From the IMG/VR virus record IMGVR_UViG_3300028829_004911: DNA of 64,000 nt. One strand, 5' to 3'. The position numbers were made by a program, and so were the translations under genes. Origin of the DNA: a virus. Position 1 is the first letter of the stretch, and every line of letters starts with the position of its first letter. The notes under the pieces are model-generated. The model searched no databases. It was given only the letters and a program-made list of their open reading frames with translations, and was not told where the DNA came from. Shown one piece after another: positions 52,575 through 62,653 of this stretch.

Positions 52575-53375
52575 ATGAACGCACTTGTTGAAGCGCAAAA
52601 CGCAGGCCTAGCGGTCGCAGGCGCAAACCCATTTGCTCAAGCTGGTGCTGGGGCAAGCGGAACAACATATGTCAAGTTTAAAGGTGTAACTGGACAATTT
52701 GTGGCGGGACAAGACGAAACAGAGTTGGACCACGGAACGCAGTTCGCTGCTGATGTAGAAAATTCTCTATGGTCTTGGTCATTCTGGTGGGATGGGGAAG
52801 TTCTCGAAACTGTTGACGTAATGTTGACAGCGGATCCAAACGGATGGAAAAACGGTCCTAACCGTCTCCCAGACGATCCAGAAGAGAAGGTTGACATGTC
52901 TCTTGACGAAATTCGTGCAAAGCAGAATGACCGCAGCAATAACTTCATGGATGGTTGGACCTGTCAAGCCGTTCTGGGCATGCGCCCTGTTGACGGAGAT
53001 GAAGAAGAGTACACTATCAAGCTAAACCAAGGCGTAGCCTTAAACGGTTTCCGCACACTAGTGGCTCAATTCGGCAAGTCCTACAAAATTAAAGCAGGCC
53101 TTACACCGATCATCGAAATTGATGCGAACAAGTACAAGGCAAAGGCTAAAAACGTGGGATGGCGCTATGCTCCCCAACTGAAAATTGTTGACTGGGCTTC
53201 GGAAGAAGAACTGCTGGCTATGGTTGGAGAAGATGGCGGCGATTACGATCAAGAGCCAGAAACTAACGAGGAGTCTGTACAAATCGAAGACCAATCCGAA
53301 GGGGCTGACGATTCAACTCCTACCGAAGATGAAGCTCCGAAGCGACGCGGTCGCCGTGGTGCCAAAAACTTCTAA
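52575..53375 (+). CDS. Hypothetical protein with an acidic C-terminal region (ssDNA-binding role is only a positional guess)
   Basis: Track ORF, RBS GAAGGAAAG. Lies between a nuclease and a helicase. Confidence 0.8.
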   Translation: MNALVEAQNAGLAVAGANPFAQAGAGASGTTYVKFKGVTGQFVAGQDETELDHGTQFAADVENSLWSWSFWWDGEVLETVDVMLTADPNGWKNGPNRLPDDPEEKVDMSLDEIRAKQNDRSNNFMDGWTCQAVLGMRPVDGDEEEYTIKLNQGVALNGFRTLVAQFGKSYKIKAGLTPIIEIDANKYKAKAKNVGWRYAPQLKIVDWASEEELLAMVGEDGGDYDQEPETNEESVQIEDQSEGADDSTPTEDEAPKRRGRRGAKNF

Positions 53376-53383
53376 ATGAAAAA

Positions 53384-53413
53384 GGTCAAGGACATCCGAT
53401 TTTGTCCTTGACC
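53384..53413 (+). other. Perfect 11-bp hairpin GGTCAAGGACA-N8-TGTCCTTGACC
   Basis: Read directly. An A-run precedes it, no T-run follows. Confidence 0.8.
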
Positions 53414-53477
53414 ATCTACCCCCCTGCATGTAGAAAGGCTTTAATAAAATGAATCCATCTGAACAACGGAATTATAC

Positions 53478-54917
53478 ATGTCTATCACATTAACAGACGA
53501 ACAATTTAGCGGTGTCAAAGAAGGTGCACTGTGGTATGAAAATTGCGAGAACTCCATTGATCAATATGGATTTGAAGTTGAGACAAAAACATGGAACGAA
53601 GAGCGTGAATCGTATGATTACGCCTCCAGAAATGTAGCTCCCTCTAGCATTCAGCCTTTCGTGTTTACAGGATTTGCGGGTAGTGGTAAATCCACTTGTG
53701 TTGGATCCATGATCGAACATATAGGATTAACACCAGATGAAGTAATGTTCATGGCTCCGACAGGCAAGGCGGCGAAAGTGCTGTCCAGAAAACTAAAGGA
53801 GAGTGGTTGGCCGTCTGGTGCAACAACTATTCACAAAGCCATCTACATGCCTAAATCTGCACGTGCCGATGCCCTTGAAATACAGATAAAAGGGATTGAG
53901 AACCACGTATTATTTTTACGTACAAACGGAGACGCAGGCGCAAAACACCCCGATCATTCCATTGCTTCCATGGATGTAAAGACCGCAGAATCTAAAATTG
54001 CTGGTCTTATCATAGAGTTAGGAGACGCAATGAACAATGAGGGTCCGAAATTTAACCTAAAATCAGCGTCAGAGCTTCCTCCCGAAGTTAAGCTGATCGT
54101 TATCGATGAGGCTTCCATGGTGGGCACCGAAATCGTTGCGGATCTTGAATCTTTTGGTATTCCAATTATGGCCATCGGTGATCCGGGGCAGCTCCCTCCT
54201 GTAGGAGACTCTTGGGGCTTCGATATGGAAATGCCGAATGTGTTTTTAAAAGAAATACATCGCCAAGCTGCAGACAACCCCATAATTCGTTTAGCCACGA
54301 TGGCCCGAGAGGGGCGCAATATTCCTATCGCTGATTATGGTGACGATGTACGCGTGGTCGCCCGCCGAAATGATGACGTCACGTTCAACATGAAACGCGA
54401 TGCAATGGTTCTTGTTGGTACTAATAAAAAGCGTTGGGATGTCACAGCCAAAATCCGTACGGAGTGTGGGTGGGAAGAAACTGGACCAATGAAAGATGAG
54501 CCTTTACTGGTATGCCGCAATTCGAGACAGTACCCAGGACTGGTGAACGGAACGCTCCTTCGTTGTACAGAAGACATTGGAAATCTCAACAACGCGAGCG
54601 CCCGAATCAACTTGAAAGCCATTGATGAAGACGTTGGCGGGATGGAATATGATATATGGGCTACCCAAGGCCTATTCGAAGAACATGCATTCCGTAACAA
54701 GGGGTCACATTCTGCCCCCGACCGTGAAGCATTTCGTGCCAATAAAGAGTGTGAACATGTTGACTGGGGCCACGCTATCACGGTCCACAAATCACAGGGT
54801 TCAGAGTTTGAAGATGTGGCGCTGCACGACGAAAGTCCCGTGTTCCGCCAAGACGCGCAACGCTGGTTGTATACGGGGATAACCCGCGCCAGCCACAAAT
54901 TAACGGTGATCGTATAA
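53478..54917 (+). CDS. SF1 helicase, Dda/RecD-like
   Basis: GFAGSGKST, VIDEASMV, IHRQ and TVHKSQGSEF motifs. Confidence 0.9.
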   Translation: MSITLTDEQFSGVKEGALWYENCENSIDQYGFEVETKTWNEERESYDYASRNVAPSSIQPFVFTGFAGSGKSTCVGSMIEHIGLTPDEVMFMAPTGKAAKVLSRKLKESGWPSGATTIHKAIYMPKSARADALEIQIKGIENHVLFLRTNGDAGAKHPDHSIASMDVKTAESKIAGLIIELGDAMNNEGPKFNLKSASELPPEVKLIVIDEASMVGTEIVADLESFGIPIMAIGDPGQLPPVGDSWGFDMEMPNVFLKEIHRQAADNPIIRLATMAREGRNIPIADYGDDVRVVARRNDDVTFNMKRDAMVLVGTNKKRWDVTAKIRTECGWEETGPMKDEPLLVCRNSRQYPGLVNGTLLRCTEDIGNLNNASARINLKAIDEDVGGMEYDIWATQGLFEEHAFRNKGSHSAPDREAFRANKECEHVDWGHAITVHKSQGSEFEDVALHDESPVFRQDAQRWLYTGITRASHKLTVIV

Positions 54918-55201
54918 TGTCAGAAGTAACCTATGAAACAATCATCGCAGATCAACGCAAAGTGATCCACGAACTTCGCCAAACAATTGTGGCGCAGGAT
55001 ATAGAAATCTCAGGACTCGAATCGCGTGAATCGGACCTTGAAGAAGAGGTCTACACCGTCACGACAGAACGTGATAATAACGAAATGCGTGCCGACGTAC
55101 TGCAATACGAAATCGATGATCTTGAAAGACAGCTTGACGAAGTTCGCGACGAATTGTTCGAAGCCGAAGCTGCTTTAGATGCATCCGAAGGAGGATACTA
55201 A
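54917..55201 (+). CDS. Hypothetical coiled-coil protein
   Basis: Track ORF, coupled to the helicase stop. Confidence 0.7.
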   Translation: MSEVTYETIIADQRKVIHELRQTIVAQDIEISGLESRESDLEEEVYTVTTERDNNEMRADVLQYEIDDLERQLDEVRDELFEAEAALDASEGGY

Positions 55202-55447
55202 TGCTTTTTGGAACAATCAATAACATGAGACCGGATCGTGAACCAGACTTCTTGATCGGTCCCGAAGGTGACCCATACATGGAACGCTGGTATCTCGTAC
55301 CACGCAATCCTGAATTCAATATTTATTACCACCGCATCCGTTGTGTACCTCTGCGTCGCCCCGCCTAATTGGGACCCAGCAATTCGCTGGAAAGAGGTGC
55401 AGAACGGTACTAGACCCAGTTTCTTTGGAAAGGCAGACTACGAATGA
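55201..55447 (+). pseudogene. Small gene with a frame break near a C4 run (55359-55362)
   Basis: A TAATG-coupled ORF ends at 55368. A second open frame (55256-55447) is ATGA-coupled to the next gene. Confidence 0.4.
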
Positions 55448-55821
55448 AACGAGAAATTGAAGACTTCCAAACATGGATTTGGAACTGGATGCAGGAATGT
55501 TTCGGCACGCCAGAAGAGGTGGCGAAAGATCGCCCGATGCGCTTTTTTGAGGAAGCCTTGGAACTGGTCCAAGCAACGGGATTAACGAAATCTCAAGTGC
55601 TGGAACTGGTAGATTATGTCTATGACCGTGAAGCCGGAGACCCTTTCTCCGAAGTCGGTGACGTTATGCTGACGCTGGCAGGGCTGGCTTCATCACGCAA
55701 CATCTCCATGGACAAGTCGGCGTATGCCGTGATGTATCGCGCACACAAGAACCGTGACAAAATTATCGCAAAGCGTAAGCTCCGCCCAACAGACGGCTCA
55801 GCACTACCAGTTGAATCGTAG
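55444..55821 (+). CDS. mazG: MazG-like nucleotide pyrophosphohydrolase
   Basis: FFEEALELVQA ... GDVMLTLAGLA helical MazG pattern. Confidence 0.7.
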   Translation: MKREIEDFQTWIWNWMQECFGTPEEVAKDRPMRFFEEALELVQATGLTKSQVLELVDYVYDREAGDPFSEVGDVMLTLAGLASSRNISMDKSAYAVMYRAHKNRDKIIAKRKLRPTDGSALPVES

Positions 55822-55859
55822 TAATCACCCGCTACGCGGACAAACAGAAAGCCATAAAT

Positions 55860-56339
55860 ATGCCAACACGTGATGCCGTTTACCGCGCAATAAACACCGA
55901 ACGCGCCTATCAAGATGCCCAACGTGGCAATGCGAAACGCCATGAAGGACAACCTGCAATGACACCCGGCGAGTACATTCTCTGTATGGAGAAATGTCTG
56001 GCAGATGCACGCGAGGCTTGGTACAAGCCAAATGGTGGCGAGGCATGCATGGAACATATCCGCAAGGTCAGTGCTCTCGGCGTAGCCGCAATGGAACGAT
56101 ATTCTGCACCTTTGCGTGGTAAAGTTATCCCACCTGAACAAAAGGAAGAATTCATCGAAAGACTGCGTGAATCAGGACTAATTACAGCAGAGCCACACGT
56201 AAACTGGATCACCCGCTACGCGGGAATAGGCCAAGACATGAAACCCATCCCCATCAAAGAAGCTGACTTGATCGCTTGCCAGTACGGCTGCGATCAGGTG
56301 ATCATATACGCCCGAAAAGTGGGTCCTGATGGGGGGTGA
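55860..56339 (+). CDS. Hypothetical protein (N-terminal half MazG-like all-alpha pattern)
   Basis: Track ORF. I..ER.YQD...G ... RKVSALGVAAMERY. Confidence 0.7.
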   Translation: MPTRDAVYRAINTERAYQDAQRGNAKRHEGQPAMTPGEYILCMEKCLADAREAWYKPNGGEACMEHIRKVSALGVAAMERYSAPLRGKVIPPEQKEEFIERLRESGLITAEPHVNWITRYAGIGQDMKPIPIKEADLIACQYGCDQVIIYARKVGPDGG

Positions 56340-56423
56340 GCATATGACAACCTATGGCGTCAACAAGGCACACTGTGGGGCTGCTGCAAAGATAGGCAAC
56401 TTCCTTAAATACAAAATTATGGG

Positions 56424-56615
56424 ATGGATAAAATGAAATATCTAAAATCTTTCATGTGGCACGCACGTCGTGGCGAAGTTTCTTGGCAGGCGCATGGCTT
56501 TCGTTTCCTACCATGGGCTGCACACCTAAACGGAGCCGACGACTTTTCTGGTGTTGAATACACCCGAATATTCGCGGGCTGGCTATTTCTTCAATTCAAC
56601 TGGACACACGTATAA
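56424..56615 (+). CDS. Hypothetical protein
   Basis: Track ORF. Confidence 0.55.
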   Translation: MDKMKYLKSFMWHARRGEVSWQAHGFRFLPWAAHLNGADDFSGVEYTRIFAGWLFLQFNWTHV

Positions 56616-57052
56616 TGAGCAAAACAGAAGTATGGATGCACGTCAAATCTGGCGGAGTATACCGCGTCAGCGGTAACTGCCTGATTGAGGCGACGATGAC
56701 TGAGGCGGTGATTTATCAGAGCCTAGAAGATGGTCAGACGTGGGTGCGACCCGCCCACGAATTTTATGACGGACGTTTTGCCAACATCGATTCCGAAGGA
56801 CTCAAGATAGAGATAATGGCAGAAGATGATTCAGATGAACTGTTTCTTCTGACAGGCAAGCGTCAACCAGAAGACTGGATGGGTCAACCCGAATTCGAAG
56901 GCGTCACGATTCACGACCCTGATGGATGGGATCGTGCCAACTGGGAAGAAAGCTGGTCCATCGCTTTGACCCTCGAAGAAATGCAGACACGCGTCTCTCG
57001 ATGTACGGTGTCGATCACCAGAGACAGTCCGATGTATACACAAAATATTTGA
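56615..57052 (+). CDS. Protein with an N-terminal DUF1653-like domain
   Basis: GGVYRV.G..L.EAT..EAVIYQS..DGQTWVRP..EF.DGRF. Confidence 0.65.
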   Translation: MSKTEVWMHVKSGGVYRVSGNCLIEATMTEAVIYQSLEDGQTWVRPAHEFYDGRFANIDSEGLKIEIMAEDDSDELFLLTGKRQPEDWMGQPEFEGVTIHDPDGWDRANWEESWSIALTLEEMQTRVSRCTVSITRDSPMYTQNI

Positions 57053-57063
57053 AGGAAACCCCC

Positions 57064-57243
57064 ATGACACAACGATACATTATCGCCAGTAACGACAGCG
57101 GGGACCACTTCTATATCCCCATCGAGAAACAAGATGAATGGGACGCGTGGCTGTTCTCCGAATTGTGGGAGATGGGCGAAACACCTGACTACGCGAGGCA
57201 CATCGACGGAACCTTCACCTTCACAGACCCGAAAGTAGAATGA
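57064..57243 (+). CDS. Hypothetical 59-aa protein
   Basis: ATG within track ORF 56926..57243, after the previous stop. Confidence 0.6.
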   Translation: MTQRYIIASNDSGDHFYIPIEKQDEWDAWLFSELWEMGETPDYARHIDGTFTFTDPKVE

Positions 57244-57797
57244 TGGCATACGCAGGCATGGACAGCGACCACCAATCGTCGCGACCAAACATACTGATCC
57301 TAGGATACGCCCGCCACGGCAAAGACACTGTTGGTGAAATCCTGCGCGATGATTACGGTTTTAAGTTCACATCTTCATCCGAGTTTGTCGGACGCGAAGT
57401 CATGTGGGACAACTGGGGCTGCGCGGTGTACAAAGACTTTGATGAAATGTTCGCAGACCGTGTCAACAACCGTGTCTTGTGGATGCAAATGATCAGCGCG
57501 TTCAACACGCCAGACAAAACCATGACAGCAAAGACGATGTTGAAACGTGGATTCAACTTGTACGTCGGCATGCGCCGTCTCGATGAATTACAGGCATGTC
57601 AGGCGCAAGGCATTTTCGACGCAGTGATTTGGGTTGATGGTAGCGACCGCCATCCACCAGAAACAGGTTCGATGGATATTACATACGAGAACAGTGGCGC
57701 TGACTACCGCATCGACAACAACCGTTCTCTGGAAGACCTTCACCAGAACGTCGCTGATATTGTTCCTAAACTGGATCAAAAAACGTTTACAGTTTAG
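57240..57797 (+). CDS. Deoxynucleoside monophosphate kinase-like
   Basis: GYARHGKDT P-loop variant typical of phage dNMP kinases. ATGA-coupled. Confidence 0.7.
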   Translation: MMAYAGMDSDHQSSRPNILILGYARHGKDTVGEILRDDYGFKFTSSSEFVGREVMWDNWGCAVYKDFDEMFADRVNNRVLWMQMISAFNTPDKTMTAKTMLKRGFNLYVGMRRLDELQACQAQGIFDAVIWVDGSDRHPPETGSMDITYENSGADYRIDNNRSLEDLHQNVADIVPKLDQKTFTV

Positions 57798-57886
57798 TGG
57801 AATTTACTGTATAACTAACTGAACATAAACGACAATCACGTACATTAAACCGGACATTTAGCCAGACAACATCGGCAAGGAACACC

Positions 57887-58885
57887 ATGACAATCACAGC
57901 TAAAATAATCGCAGACAGCGTTGGACCAAAATCTCCACGCATTACCACATTTGAATTGCACTACCCGCGCTTCATTCATGCCGAATTAATGACCCACCGC
58001 ATGTTCAGCCGTAACGCTTCGTCGTCCCGCGCCATTCCTGTAGAGCGTCAAATTGCCGCAATTATCGAAGACACGGCGATGCCCGTACACTGGGGGATGA
58101 ACCAGTCGGGCATGCAGGCGGAGCAAGAAACTGACGCCGCTGTATTTGTCAACGGATTTGAATATTACGATGATGGTGATGATCGTTGTGGTCTGCTTGA
58201 ACATAGAATTATGTACTCGGCAGAAGGTGCTTGGAACGAAGCCCGAGATCGCGCCATCGAAGTCGCCGAGGCATTTGTCGCCGCAGGTTATCACAAGCAA
58301 GTGGTCAACCGCATCCTCGAACCATTCTCACACATCAAGGTAGTTGTCACCGCAACAAACTACGATAACTTCTTCCACCTGCGCAGCCACAAAGACGCCC
58401 AGCCGGAAATCAAAGTTTTGTCCGATCTGATGATGGCAGCATATGCGGAATCAACACCGCGCGAGCTATCCAACGAGGACTGGCACCTGCCGTATGTGAC
58501 GGACGCCGAGCTTGATTACATCCAGTCGGCGGAAAACCTTGTACATGACGCGGTGCCTATGACGGTGGACGATCTTATCAAGGTCAGCGTCGCTCGCTGC
58601 GCCCGTGTGTCGTACAAAACGCATGACGGTACACCAACATCCGTTGAAGCAGACATGGCCTTGTACGAACGCCTCCTTGGCTCTGTACCGCTACATGCAT
58701 CTCCTGCAGAACACCAAGCAAAGATGGACACTTTAACGTACTTTGGTTGCAGCGGCGTAGATGTGGCTAAGTGGGAGAATGAACATTTGTCGGGAAACTT
58801 CGGCGGCGGGTGGATTCAGTATCGCAAGACGCTGGACCATGAATCCATTCGAACACCACAATGGGACGACGATATCTATGACTGA
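57887..58885 (+). CDS. thyX: FAD-dependent thymidylate synthase ThyX
   Basis: ThyX signature THRMFSRNASSSRA. Confidence 0.9.
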   Translation: MTITAKIIADSVGPKSPRITTFELHYPRFIHAELMTHRMFSRNASSSRAIPVERQIAAIIEDTAMPVHWGMNQSGMQAEQETDAAVFVNGFEYYDDGDDRCGLLEHRIMYSAEGAWNEARDRAIEVAEAFVAAGYHKQVVNRILEPFSHIKVVVTATNYDNFFHLRSHKDAQPEIKVLSDLMMAAYAESTPRELSNEDWHLPYVTDAELDYIQSAENLVHDAVPMTVDDLIKVSVARCARVSYKTHDGTPTSVEADMALYERLLGSVPLHASPAEHQAKMDTLTYFGCSGVDVAKWENEHLSGNFGGGWIQYRKTLDHESIRTPQWDDDIYD

Positions 58886-59105
58886 TCAACTGTGTGAATA
58901 CTTGAGAGAGTTTTTCGAAATTCTGGACCTAGTCGAGGAAACGGATTCGGGTGAAAAATTTCACCCAACATCCATTCACTCTTCCCGCACATCACATGTT
59001 GAACGCCTTTCTGTTATTCTCCCTCGAATGCGCCAATACATTAATGACGAGGAACGCGCTGATCAAGAATCTTTGGATGCGTTCGCCTTGGGGAGAACAC
59101 ATTGA
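58878..59105 (+). CDS. Hypothetical protein
   Basis: ATG overlapping the thyX end, within track ORF 58761..59105. Confidence 0.65.
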   Translation: MTDQLCEYLREFFEILDLVEETDSGEKFHPTSIHSSRTSHVERLSVILPRMRQYINDEERADQESLDAFALGRTH

Positions 59106-59356
59106 GAGCCGCAATAATTCTTCGAGACCTGCGTGACGGTACGGTCGAGATGACGACAGAAATGGAAGAGGTCACATCCCTAGAGAACCAATCACCGCCT
59201 ACGGCGGCGAGTGTTATGATGTTAGGTGCTATGGCTTTATTTGAAACGGGCATACTTGCGCAAGCGGGGGCTATTGCTGTCAAAGCCCTTGAAAATGAAA
59301 TACCGCCTACGGCGGCAGTAAAGGAAAGATACGGAAATGGTGACACCGACCCGTGA
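59102..59356 (+). CDS. Hypothetical protein with an internal EN..PPTAA repeat
   Basis: Track ORF, TTG start. Confidence 0.5.
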   Translation: MRAAIILRDLRDGTVEMTTEMEEVTSLENQSPPTAASVMMLGAMALFETGILAQAGAIAVKALENEIPPTAAVKERYGNGDTDP

Positions 59357-59687
59357 AGAGATTGTAGCTCTCCGAGAGCAGGGATTAACAAGAGAAAAGA
59401 TTGCCGAACATTTTGATGTGAGTATCACAACTATCCGACGATGCATCAAACAGTACAGAATCCCCCGCCCCTCAAAACAAGCCCGACGAAAGCGTGAAAG
59501 CCACCTATCACGTAATGGTGAGATCATCGTGCACCTAAAAGATGATCGATCCATGCTCGAACAGGCGCAAGAGATATTGGGGGATAGATTTACAGAAAAA
59601 CGCCATATCGGGTACTTACTGGACGGTCGCCCCGCACACATCGACAGAATCATCGAAGCGGCGGGGCTTATCCCCCACAAATTATAA
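59337..59687 (+). CDS. Helix-turn-helix DNA-binding protein
   Basis: LREQGLTREKIAEHFDVSITTIRRCIK HTH pattern. Confidence 0.7.
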   Translation: MVTPTREEIVALREQGLTREKIAEHFDVSITTIRRCIKQYRIPRPSKQARRKRESHLSRNGEIIVHLKDDRSMLEQAQEILGDRFTEKRHIGYLLDGRPAHIDRIIEAAGLIPHKL

Positions 59688-59712
59688 CCGCACGGCCTTG
59701 ACATCATTTAGT

Positions 59713-59741
59713 TTGACATCCTGATTTTTTCGAGGTAAATT
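59713..59741 (+). promoter_or_regulatory. Candidate sigma70-like promoter for the RNR gene
   Basis: TTGACA, 17 nt, TAAATT. A second TTGACATC lies at 59698. Confidence 0.5.
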
Positions 59742-59860
59742 ACAAGTCTTACCCATTTTCGGGTTATCGCATACCACCTATAGTGTTGTCGTTCACGTAA
59801 TCATCTTTGATAGAGGTGAATTTGACGTCACTATCCCATCCCATTTTCGGAGAATATCGA

Positions 59861-61915
59861 ATGATTGAACAAAGCGCACGCGCTCAAATTGTAGAGCGTC
59901 GCACGTATCTACGCCCCACAAACAAAAACGGCACAGAATTTGAAACCCCTGATCAGGCGTGGCGACGCGTCATTGATCATCAGCGTTGGTTGTGGGAACG
60001 TGCGCAGGGCGATGCGCTTGATGCAGACCAAGCAGATGAACTAGAAGAACTTTACCAACTATTTATTGATCGAAAGGCTACCGTGTCAGGGCGTACACGC
60101 TGGCTGGGTGGAACAGATGTGGCGAAAGAACGTGAAGCCTCCCAATTCAATTGCTCATTCGGTGAAGTCCAGACCGTACATGATGTGGTAGATACAATTT
60201 GGCTTCTTCTACAGGGTTGTGGTGTCGGCTTTCGCGGAAATGTAGGAGTTCTGAACGGGTTCACTGCTCCCGTTGAATTGGAAATCATTCGTTCGACTAA
60301 GGTCCTCCCGCACGACGAAGCTGGAAATCCAATTTCTGATCCAGCTCTAAAAGGACGCCCTAACAACCGTGAGTTTTTTAATAAGCGTACAGGTGTATGG
60401 ACGATCAAGGTCGGAGACAGCGCGGAGGCTTGGGCAAAGCTTTTCGGTAAAATCATGGCAGGTAAGAAACGTGCCAAAAAGTTGATCATTGATTTATCTG
60501 AAATCCGTCCTGCTGGTTATCGCCTGTCAGGTTACGGTTGGATCAGTTCTGGAGACGAACAGATTACGACGGCACTTCACGGTATTGTGGGGGTCATGAA
60601 CAGAGCTGCGGGTGAACTTCTCACCGCAATCGATATTCTAGACATTGAAAATTTCTTGGGGACGATTCTGTCATCCCGACGTTCTGCTGAAATCGCTCTC
60701 TATCCATTCGGTGAGCCTGAGTGGAAAGAATTTGCAACAGCCAAGAAAGGTCACAACGAGAACGGGTTGTGGCATCGTGGTATGTCCAATAATTCGTTGC
60801 TGTTTTACCACACTCCAACTAAATCTGACTTACACGAAATATTTGAACTGATGGAGGATGCAGGGGGGTCGGAGCCAGGCTTCATCAACGCCATCGCAGC
60901 GCTAAAGCGTGCGCCACACTTTAAGGGTGTAAATCCCTGTGCGGAGATCTTGCTTGGGGACAAATCATTCTGTAACCTCGTAGAGGTTGCCGTATCCCGC
61001 TTCAATGGAGATCTTGCAGGACTTCACCGCGCAATATATTTGATATCCCGCGCAAACTATCGCCAAACCTGCGTCAACCTTAAAGATGGCGTGCTTCAAG
61101 AGACGTGGCACGAATTGAATGAGTTCCTCCGCTTGTGTGGAGTGGGTCTGACAGGGATTATTGGATGGGAAGGCCACACGAGTGCCGAACAGCTCGAAGG
61201 GCTTCGTACAGTCGCGCATAACGGCTGTGACAGCATGGCAGATGAGCTGGGACTACCACGCGCGAAACTGAAAACCACTATCAAACCATCGGGAACACAA
61301 TCTAAAGTGTTTGGCCTAGTTGGCGACGAAGTATCGGAAGGTGCGCACCGTCCTCTAGGTAAGTATCTTTTCAACCGCATCAACTTTTCTGGTGCAGATC
61401 CGATGTTAAAAGCTTTGGAGGCGGCGGGGTACAAAACCGAGCCAAACCCATACGATCCTACAGCACGCTTGGTTGTGATTCCTGCGGAATACAGTAATGT
61501 AGATTTCGACACAGTAGAAGTTAACGGTGTCAACGTTGAGGTTAATATGGAGCCTGCTCTAGATCAACTTGAACGATACAAGATGATGCAGGATCACTAC
61601 GTTGATCACAACTGTTCAATCACAATTTACTATGATTTAACAGAAGTGGAGACTATCATTGATTGGTTATTGGCTAATTGGGATTCTTACGTAGGTGTGT
61701 CATTTTTGTACCGCCCCGATCCTGTAAAGATGGTTAGCGATCCAGAAGGATACGCAAAAGACGCTGGATATTCGTATCTACCGCAAACGCCCGTGTCACA
61801 AGACGACTACGCAGCGTATGTCGTGACCCTAAAAGCAGTGAACTTCGAGGGCACTGATCAGGAAGGACTTCTAGATCTTGATGAATGCGCGGGGGGTGCG
61901 TGTCCGATCCGATGA
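59861..61915 (+). CDS. nrdJ: Class II (adenosylcobalamin-dependent) ribonucleotide reductase
   Basis: ERRTYLRP, NPCAEI active-site Cys and C-terminal CAGGACP. ATG behind GGAGAA within track ORF 59807. Confidence 0.85.
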   Translation: MIEQSARAQIVERRTYLRPTNKNGTEFETPDQAWRRVIDHQRWLWERAQGDALDADQADELEELYQLFIDRKATVSGRTRWLGGTDVAKEREASQFNCSFGEVQTVHDVVDTIWLLLQGCGVGFRGNVGVLNGFTAPVELEIIRSTKVLPHDEAGNPISDPALKGRPNNREFFNKRTGVWTIKVGDSAEAWAKLFGKIMAGKKRAKKLIIDLSEIRPAGYRLSGYGWISSGDEQITTALHGIVGVMNRAAGELLTAIDILDIENFLGTILSSRRSAEIALYPFGEPEWKEFATAKKGHNENGLWHRGMSNNSLLFYHTPTKSDLHEIFELMEDAGGSEPGFINAIAALKRAPHFKGVNPCAEILLGDKSFCNLVEVAVSRFNGDLAGLHRAIYLISRANYRQTCVNLKDGVLQETWHELNEFLRLCGVGLTGIIGWEGHTSAEQLEGLRTVAHNGCDSMADELGLPRAKLKTTIKPSGTQSKVFGLVGDEVSEGAHRPLGKYLFNRINFSGADPMLKALEAAGYKTEPNPYDPTARLVVIPAEYSNVDFDTVEVNGVNVEVNMEPALDQLERYKMMQDHYVDHNCSITIYYDLTEVETIIDWLLANWDSYVGVSFLYRPDPVKMVSDPEGYAKDAGYSYLPQTPVSQDDYAAYVVTLKAVNFEGTDQEGLLDLDECAGGACPIR

Positions 61916-61941
61916 ACACGTGTGGGGTCTGCATCTAAATC

Positions 61942-61970
61942 ACGCCGCATTTTCTGCGGCGTTTTCACTT
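61942..61970 (+). terminator. Rho-independent terminator
   Basis: ACGCCGCA-N5-TGCGGCGT, then TTTCACTTT. Confidence 0.75.
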
Positions 61971-62022
61971 TAAATTACTTTAACTCTTGTCCATTAGGAC
62001 AATAAATGCTAGGAGAACTACC

Positions 62023-62151
62023 ATGAGTGTACTATCGCTTGGAATTGGCATCTTAATCGGTGCCGCACTTGGTCCAGTAGCCCGCATGACCATCAACGGT
62101 TGGCGCAAATGGGCTATTGGTGAAGTAACTGATTTAGTAACAAAGGACTAA
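62023..62151 (+). CDS. Hypothetical 42-aa membrane peptide
   Basis: Not in track. ATG behind AGGAGAA, hydrophobic N-half. Confidence 0.5.
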   Translation: MSVLSLGIGILIGAALGPVARMTINGWRKWAIGEVTDLVTKD

Positions 62152-62155
62152 ACTT

Positions 62156-62611
62156 ATGCTCCCGACAAAACTACTTACGAACACTGCCACGCTCCCGACG
62201 CGTGGGTCCGAAACTGCCGCAGGATTAGACTTATATTGGGATGAGGCATCACAGTACGGGATCAATCAAAAGCCTGCTGCCACGTTCTTTCTCGACACAA
62301 ACGAACGCGCGGTTCTTAAAACTGGTATCGCCGTGGCTATTCCTGACGGGTTTTATGGTCAGATCGCCCCGCGTAGCGGGCTAGCCGTAGCACACGGATT
62401 GGAAATTCTCGCAGGAGTAATCGATTCTGATTACCGTGGTGAGATAATGGTAGCTGTGTTAAACTCTGGCGAGTACCCTATAGCATTTAATCACGGGGAT
62501 CGTATCGCTCAGATGCTAATACTGCCGTGTGAATTGAGCACGCCATGCGTAGTTGAAGATCTTGATGACACGGCGCGTGGGTCGGGTAAATTCGGTTCTA
62601 CAGGACGTTGA
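62156..62611 (+). CDS. dut: dUTP pyrophosphatase
   Basis: AAGLDL, PRSGLA, GVIDSDYRGEI, GDRIAQM and RG..GFGSTG motifs. Confidence 0.92.
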   Translation: MLPTKLLTNTATLPTRGSETAAGLDLYWDEASQYGINQKPAATFFLDTNERAVLKTGIAVAIPDGFYGQIAPRSGLAVAHGLEILAGVIDSDYRGEIMVAVLNSGEYPIAFNHGDRIAQMLILPCELSTPCVVEDLDDTARGSGKFGSTGR

Positions 62612-62625
62612 TATACCTATTAATT

Positions 62626-62653
62626 AAAGGGCCTTTCACGGCCCTTTAATTTT
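62626..62653. terminator. Bidirectional terminator at the strand switch
   Basis: AAAGGGCC-N6-GGCCCTTT flanked by an A-run and a T-run. Overlaps the 3' end of the minus-strand lipoprotein gene. Confidence 0.7.
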
